From assembly GCA_018238545.1 (NCBI GenBank), contig JABCTC010000016.1, positions 1 to 64,000 of the forward strand: 64,000 nt of DNA. Direction: 5' to 3'. This DNA comes from Candidatus Heimdallarchaeota archaeon (GTDB lineage: Archaea > Asgardarchaeota > Heimdallarchaeia > Heimdallarchaeales > Heimdallarchaeaceae). The notes below the pieces were generated by a model. That model was not told the origin of the DNA and made no database searches. It saw nothing but the letters and a program-made list of their open reading frames with translations. Below, one piece after another: positions 58,806-64,000 of this stretch (positions are counted from its first letter, which is position 1; every line of letters begins with the position of its first letter). The translations under genes were made by a program, and so were the position numbers.

Positions 58806-60179
58806 ATGAGTGATTACATGTTTTCTGAAAGCTTCCAAACCATGATGGATTATGCAGAAAAAGCTCTTGAAGCTAGTTCATTTGATTCTTATGAGATGAG
58901 CTGTATTGATAGACTTCATTCTCTTACGCGTTTTGCTAACTCAACGATACATCAAAATGTCTCTGACCATACTTATAGATTTATGTTTCGGGCTTCAAAA
59001 GGCAAACGTATTGGATCTAATTCTTTAACCACTTTGACAGAAAAGGCAATTGACGATACAATAGATCAGTTAACAAATGTGCTCGAATTTGTGCCTGAAA
59101 TCCCCTTCTTTCAAGGATTTCCAGAAATGAAAAACGATCAAATACCAAAGGTTATAGCTACAGGAAACCTATTAGATGAGTTTCAGAGGGCAGACATGGT
59201 TGAATCAGCTGTAAATTCAGCCGAAGAGGTAGATAAGGATGCCAATTTAGCTGGATCGGTATACATAACAGATCTACGGTTTCGCATACTTAACTCAAAT
59301 GCTATTGATTTATCTCATCAGCTTACATACAACGGAATGATTGTTAATTCACTTACAGAAAAAGAGAACAAGGGATTCGGAAAAGAAGAACAAGTTGTAA
59401 GGGATCCATCAGAATTTAATCCAGAAGAACTTGCACGCAAAGCTACAGAACTCTCTGTTAGTACATGTTCCGCCAAAGATTACGAACTTGGCGATTATGA
59501 GGTAATTTTATCACCGTCAGCTGTTAGTACACTTGTTCGCTTTCTAGCTTTTGGTTTTAATGGAACAGGGTATCATGAATCTCAGAGTTTTGTAGCTGAT
59601 CAGATAGGGGCACAAGTATTTGATAAGAAAATTACTCTTCAAGATGATCCTCTAAATACTGAAACAATTTTAGCGACCCCATTTGATGGAGAAGGAGTAG
59701 CTAAAAAACCACTTTATATTGTAGAAGAGGGTGTTCCAAAATCAATTATCTACAACAGTTTCACTTCAGCTCGATACCTTAATGATAAGGATCAAACCAC
59801 AGGACACCAAGTTATACCTTTCTCTGATTATGTTTTTGGATGGGTGATGCCCAACAATCTTACTCTGTACACAAGAGATTCTTCACTTGTTGAGATGTAT
59901 GAAGAAACAAAACGAGGGTTTTTCGTAAACCGATTACATTACACAAACTTTGTTAATAGAAGATTAGGTGCAATTACAGGACTTACAAGAGATGGTTTGC
60001 TCTATATCGAAGATGGTGAAATAATCTCTGCGGCAAGGAACTTCCGGTTTACTGATAAAATATCTGACATCCTCAGTAATGTGCCTCTTATTGGAGATAC
60101 TCTCGATACAAATATCACAACTAGATGTCCACCATTGAAATTGAATTCTTTGAAGTTCACTGGAAAAAGCACACATTAA
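58806..60179 (+). CDS. TldD/PmbA family protein (PmbA/TldE-like, no HE metal motif seen)
   Basis: TRFANSTIHQN, YEVILSPSAV, PFDGEG, TGLTRDG, NFRF. Confidence 0.9.
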   Translation: MSDYMFSESFQTMMDYAEKALEASSFDSYEMSCIDRLHSLTRFANSTIHQNVSDHTYRFMFRASKGKRIGSNSLTTLTEKAIDDTIDQLTNVLEFVPEIPFFQGFPEMKNDQIPKVIATGNLLDEFQRADMVESAVNSAEEVDKDANLAGSVYITDLRFRILNSNAIDLSHQLTYNGMIVNSLTEKENKGFGKEEQVVRDPSEFNPEELARKATELSVSTCSAKDYELGDYEVILSPSAVSTLVRFLAFGFNGTGYHESQSFVADQIGAQVFDKKITLQDDPLNTETILATPFDGEGVAKKPLYIVEEGVPKSIIYNSFTSARYLNDKDQTTGHQVIPFSDYVFGWVMPNNLTLYTRDSSLVEMYEETKRGFFVNRLHYTNFVNRRLGAITGLTRDGLLYIEDGEIISAARNFRFTDKISDILSNVPLIGDTLDTNITTRCPPLKLNSLKFTGKSTH

Positions 60180-60225
60180 CTTTGGATTATTTGGTAAACT
60201 TGTAACTCATTGTATATACAGGTAG

Positions 60226-61197
60226 ATGTGTATGTTAAACAAGGTAGAAGAAACATATAATAGAATAAAAGATAGAATTAATCAAACACCAGTTATGAAA
60301 TCTTCAACTCTTAATGAAATGCTAAACTGCAATTGCTATTTCAAACTTGAAAACTTCCAAAAAACTGGTTCTTTTAAAATTCGAGGAGCTCTCAACGCAT
60401 TAACTAATCTTACACCTGAGCTAAAAGATAAAGGAGTTACTACACACTCTTCAGGTAACTTTGCTCAAGCACTCTCTCTAGCATCATCTTTAGCTGAAGT
60501 GAAAGCCGTAGTTGTTATGCCAGAAAATGCCCCTAAGATCAAAGTTGCGGCCACTAAAAATTATGGTGCAGAAGTAATATTTTGTGGCAATAAATCAGGA
60601 GATAGAGAAAAAGCTGTTCAAGAGCTCATCGATAAATATGGTTATACTTTGATCCATTCATCCAACGACATAGATATAATTTACGGCCAAGGAACAGCCA
60701 CATACGAGTTGATAAAAGAAGTAGGTAAATTGGACTATGTTTTTGCTCCTTGTGGAGGAGCAGGATTACTTTCAGGAACAGCAATAGCTGCTAAAAGCCT
60801 AAACAAAGAAACAAAAGTAATCGGTGTTGAACCTAAAAATGCAGATGATGCGTACAGATCCTTGAGAGATGGTAGAATTTACCCTTCTATAGACCCCAAA
60901 ACCATCGCAGATGGTTTAAAAACACAACTTGGCGATATTACTTTCAAAATAGTACAAGAATATGTAGATGAAATAATAACAATAACTGAAGAAGAAATTG
61001 TTGATGCAATGGAATTCCTATGGTCAAGAATGAAATTGGTTGTTGAACCTTCAGGAGCGGTTTCTCTAGCGGGGGTGATGTCAGGAAAAATAGAAGTTCA
61101 ATCAAAAAATGTTGGTATAATAATCTCCGGAGGCAATACAGACCTAACAGACTACTTCGAAGGTTGGAGAGAGAAAGTAGAAAAATTGAAACTCTAA
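60226..61197 (+). CDS. Serine/threonine dehydratase or serine racemase family
   Basis: KLENFQKTGSFKIRGA, HSSGNFAQ, GGAGLLSG, VEPSGA, ISGGN. Confidence 0.93.
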   Translation: MCMLNKVEETYNRIKDRINQTPVMKSSTLNEMLNCNCYFKLENFQKTGSFKIRGALNALTNLTPELKDKGVTTHSSGNFAQALSLASSLAEVKAVVVMPENAPKIKVAATKNYGAEVIFCGNKSGDREKAVQELIDKYGYTLIHSSNDIDIIYGQGTATYELIKEVGKLDYVFAPCGGAGLLSGTAIAAKSLNKETKVIGVEPKNADDAYRSLRDGRIYPSIDPKTIADGLKTQLGDITFKIVQEYVDEIITITEEEIVDAMEFLWSRMKLVVEPSGAVSLAGVMSGKIEVQSKNVGIIISGGNTDLTDYFEGWREKVEKLKL

Positions 61198-61239
61198 TTT
61201 AGATATTGTAAAAAAGAAAAAGAAAAAGAAAGAAAGGAT

Positions 61240-63660
61240 TTATGGTGTTTTTGATTTAATCTTTGGAACTATTACTTTTATGACTAACGCAGCAATACCA
61301 CCAGCTACAACAAGACCAGCTGCAATAGATATACCGATTATAGCACCAGTAGAAAGACCGCCTAATGATGTGAAATCAATAGGCTTAATCTCTGTACAAT
61401 TGTACGGAATAAATTCTATTGAAAATGTTCCATTGTAACCTGCGTGATTCACGCTAAACATGAAAATTAAATTGGGCGAGTATACACCAAATTCTACTTC
61501 CCATGTTACTTGCGAGAAATTAGAAGAATCATATTGTCTGAAGAAAGTACCGTCAAAAGAATCAAGATAGTAATATTCATTCCAGACAGCACTTCTATAG
61601 AAGTAACTAGGTCTAATAGAATCAGGATTATCGTAGGTATAATACGTACTATCACGTGTTCCATTGACTATAACAATCTTAATCTTATACCAAGTTAATT
61701 CTGGAACTGTAGCGTTAAAGAGGTATAAATCTCGATCATTAACAACATCTGTAAAGCTAGTAGAGTACGATCCTTCTCCAATTCCTGAAAGATTAGCATC
61801 GATGAAGTGAACATTTGTATTGTCAAAAGCTTCTGGTTTGCCAGGATCTTCTCTGATTCTTAGCAGGACTGATGTTTGGTTTACATAAGCATCTCCTTTA
61901 GTGGGCCAACTATAACCAGTATTATTGCAAACGTCTCTGATATATATTAACAGATAACGCACACTATTTGGTCGAATTGTGAAAAATTCCAATGCTTGAG
62001 AATTATTACTTGGATATGCTTGGAATATTCCATCATCTTCTTGATTACCTAACACAAAATTACTTGTGTATGTATTTTTAGCGTAATCACCCACAAATAG
62101 CTGGTAAGATAAGTCAACTGTATAGTTATTTTGCATAGTCATACTGAAATTGTAATTAACAAACGCAAAATTTGCCATTTCAAATTTGAGAAGTTTGTAA
62201 TTTGATACATCTCCATTCTCCTGTTCCAAATTGAAAGACATTGATGTAGTGTTAAACAACTCGAAATCAATCGCATTAAACTCAAGGTTGAAGTCATAGC
62301 TACTGATAACAGGTCTAAGGAAGGAATAGTATCCTGGATCAAGCATAATTTTAGCAGCGTCTTCACCGTATTGTTCTAAATCATAACTTTGACCTCTCAT
62401 TAAACCAGATTCCTCATGTTTAACTAACCAAACATCTGTTGTTCCGCCTAGAGAATAGTTTAGATAAATCATTTGTTTTTGCTCAATATTGATTCCAAAA
62501 TTAATCATATCGTCTTGGTATTGATATTGTTGTCCTTCTTCTAGAAGTGGAACTTCAATGTCTCTAATGGATAATAGGTAATCAAATTCAATATAATCTA
62601 TATTATCTGTTTCAGCTGTTATATAGACCAAAACTTGTGTATCAAATTCGAAGTGTAAATCAAATTTTTCAAATGATCCAGTACCTAAAGTAAAGTCCAA
62701 GAAACTGTAGTATGAACCTTCTTCATAATATACTAAAGGTACTACAATATGAGCCCTTGTAGTTATTGAGTTATCAAATCTTATATATTTGAATTGATAA
62801 TCTCCTTGAGACACATCAAAATAGTACGCGTGAACAGTTTCTTTCTTCAGATTATCTTCAAAGAGATTCTTTGTTTCATTCCAGATTAGATCAGGTTTGT
62901 TTAGGAAATACCCTGAAACCGGGATATTAACAGATCCTCTCGAAACAGAAATGTCTCTCGGCTTAATTATTATGTAGTTATCAGACGAGGAATAGAAAAA
63001 CAGTTCATAATCACCTCTTCCTCTTGAAGCTAGTAGTTGTACATCTCTAGAAATACCATTTATCGTATCTGCAGCTGCTAACTGTTCTTCAAAGTAGAAA
63101 TAATAAGTGAGTGAATCAGTTGTTTTAATATTCAGATCATATATATCATCAGCTTTCAAAGTAACAATATATCTGTAAAGAACCTCAGCTTCCAATTCAA
63201 GTGCAGTTTCTTTGTTAAGGAGGAGTTCTCCTTGATTTTTTACACCAACAGTGAAATTAAGATTTGGTCCTGTACCTGTATTATTGAATGCCTGGATATA
63301 AGTTGGGAAATTTATCCATTTATCGTCTTCCTTCACAAATTGATTATTGCTTTGATAGTAAAGTGAAGTAAAAGACGCTCGGAAATCTTTAGAGCTATTC
63401 GCCATATTTTGTGTTGTTGACCCAAGTGGTTCCCTGACATATCTTATATCTGTATCATATTGTGCTTCTAAATACTGATTTTCCATTGCATGATTACCGG
63501 TTAATACTCCATAACCTGTGTTATCATACTCCTGTAAAGTCACTGTTTGTGTTACATCCCAGTCATAAGCTTTAGTTCTAACAGAGGAAAAACTTGAAGA
63601 GATAAACAATATAACAACGACTAAACTTAGTAAGGTTAATCTTTGTTGATTTCTTTTCAT
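61240..63660 (-). CDS. Large secreted cell-surface protein with C-terminal TM
   Basis: Signal peptide, beta/Tyr-rich body, many N-x-S/T sequons, GLSTGAIIGISIAAG TM. Confidence 0.8.
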   Translation of the reverse strand: MKRNQQRLTLLSLVVVILFISSSFSSVRTKAYDWDVTQTVTLQEYDNTGYGVLTGNHAMENQYLEAQYDTDIRYVREPLGSTTQNMANSSKDFRASFTSLYYQSNNQFVKEDDKWINFPTYIQAFNNTGTGPNLNFTVGVKNQGELLLNKETALELEAEVLYRYIVTLKADDIYDLNIKTTDSLTYYFYFEEQLAAADTINGISRDVQLLASRGRGDYELFFYSSSDNYIIIKPRDISVSRGSVNIPVSGYFLNKPDLIWNETKNLFEDNLKKETVHAYYFDVSQGDYQFKYIRFDNSITTRAHIVVPLVYYEEGSYYSFLDFTLGTGSFEKFDLHFEFDTQVLVYITAETDNIDYIEFDYLLSIRDIEVPLLEEGQQYQYQDDMINFGINIEQKQMIYLNYSLGGTTDVWLVKHEESGLMRGQSYDLEQYGEDAAKIMLDPGYYSFLRPVISSYDFNLEFNAIDFELFNTTSMSFNLEQENGDVSNYKLLKFEMANFAFVNYNFSMTMQNNYTVDLSYQLFVGDYAKNTYTSNFVLGNQEDDGIFQAYPSNNSQALEFFTIRPNSVRYLLIYIRDVCNNTGYSWPTKGDAYVNQTSVLLRIREDPGKPEAFDNTNVHFIDANLSGIGEGSYSTSFTDVVNDRDLYLFNATVPELTWYKIKIVIVNGTRDSTYYTYDNPDSIRPSYFYRSAVWNEYYYLDSFDGTFFRQYDSSNFSQVTWEVEFGVYSPNLIFMFSVNHAGYNGTFSIEFIPYNCTEIKPIDFTSLGGLSTGAIIGISIAAGLVVAGGIAALVIKVIVPKIKSKTP

Positions 63661-63762
63661 TTAAATCAAAGAAACGTATATTTATTTGACTAAAAAAGCA
63701 TTATGTTTCTTTCCATGTCAATTTGTTGAATAACTCTGCTTTGAGCTCTTGAAGAAACGCTT

Positions 63763-64000
63763 TTAGCCACCACTTACATGAACATATCTTGGTTGAATTT
63801 TCACTAATACTCTAACTTCTCCCTCTTGAAGAGGGTATTCTGGTCTACCAAAGTATCGTTCTGAGAGTTTATTGATATGCTTATGAGCACCATTTTCAGT
63901 TACTTCTATTACTTCTCCTTGAATAGCAATGTAGCGATAAGGATTAGATTGATCTAATACATTAATAGCAACTTTTGCTCCCTTAGACATGTTTCGAGCC
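63763..64000 (-). CDS. PPOX-class (F420/FMN split-barrel) oxidoreductase, 5' end outside the window
   Basis: VAINVLDQSNPYRYIAIQG, HINKLSERYFG, RVLVKIQP. Confidence 0.8.
   Translation of the reverse strand, partial: ARNMSKGAKVAINVLDQSNPYRYIAIQGEVIEVTENGAHKHINKLSERYFGRPEYPLQEGEVRVLVKIQPRYVHVSGG

Noticed and set aside
1-64000. Numerous 60-135 aa antisense or nested ORFs in the track (e.g. 35645-36049, 43327-43638, 17452-17760)
   Set aside because: Shadow frames of well-supported genes with no independent motifs.
1-64000. tRNA, rRNA, CRISPR, integrase, transposase or defence genes
   Set aside because: None recognised by eye; a tRNAscan-SE or Infernal run would be needed to exclude small RNAs fully.

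Overview
AT-rich, gene-dense archaeal chromosomal segment, almost certainly from an Asgard archaeon and most consistent with Heimdallarchaeia (inferred from gene content, not from a database search). It carries eukaryotic signature genes: a ubiquitin-E1-ESCRT-I/II/III-Vps4 locus (30277-37677), an actin, a Rab-like GTPase, a roadblock protein, an LRR protein and a PDCD5-like protein. Housekeeping and metabolic genes include rtcB/archease, gcvH/PA/PB, thermosome, prefoldin beta, hutI with two ammonia-lyases, cyoE, apgM, tmk and scattered A/V-ATPase membrane-sector genes. No rRNA, tRNA, CRISPR array or transposase was seen. The most unusual observations are: (1) a 1065-aa A/V-ATPase subunit a/I with a tandemly duplicated cytosolic N-terminal domain; (2) an unannotated ~350-nt highly structured RNA candidate at 11447-11797; (3) a single-chain UEV-Vps23-Vps28 ESCRT-I; (4) a hidden 101-aa ORF inside the ESCRT locus and a DHH gene, both apparently starting at CTG; (5) a His-rich heme-copper-oxidase-like membrane protein beside cyoE; (6) a B-box/coiled-coil/PH-like protein; (7) a circularly permuted peptide-binding protein. 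All assignments come from motif recognition by eye.
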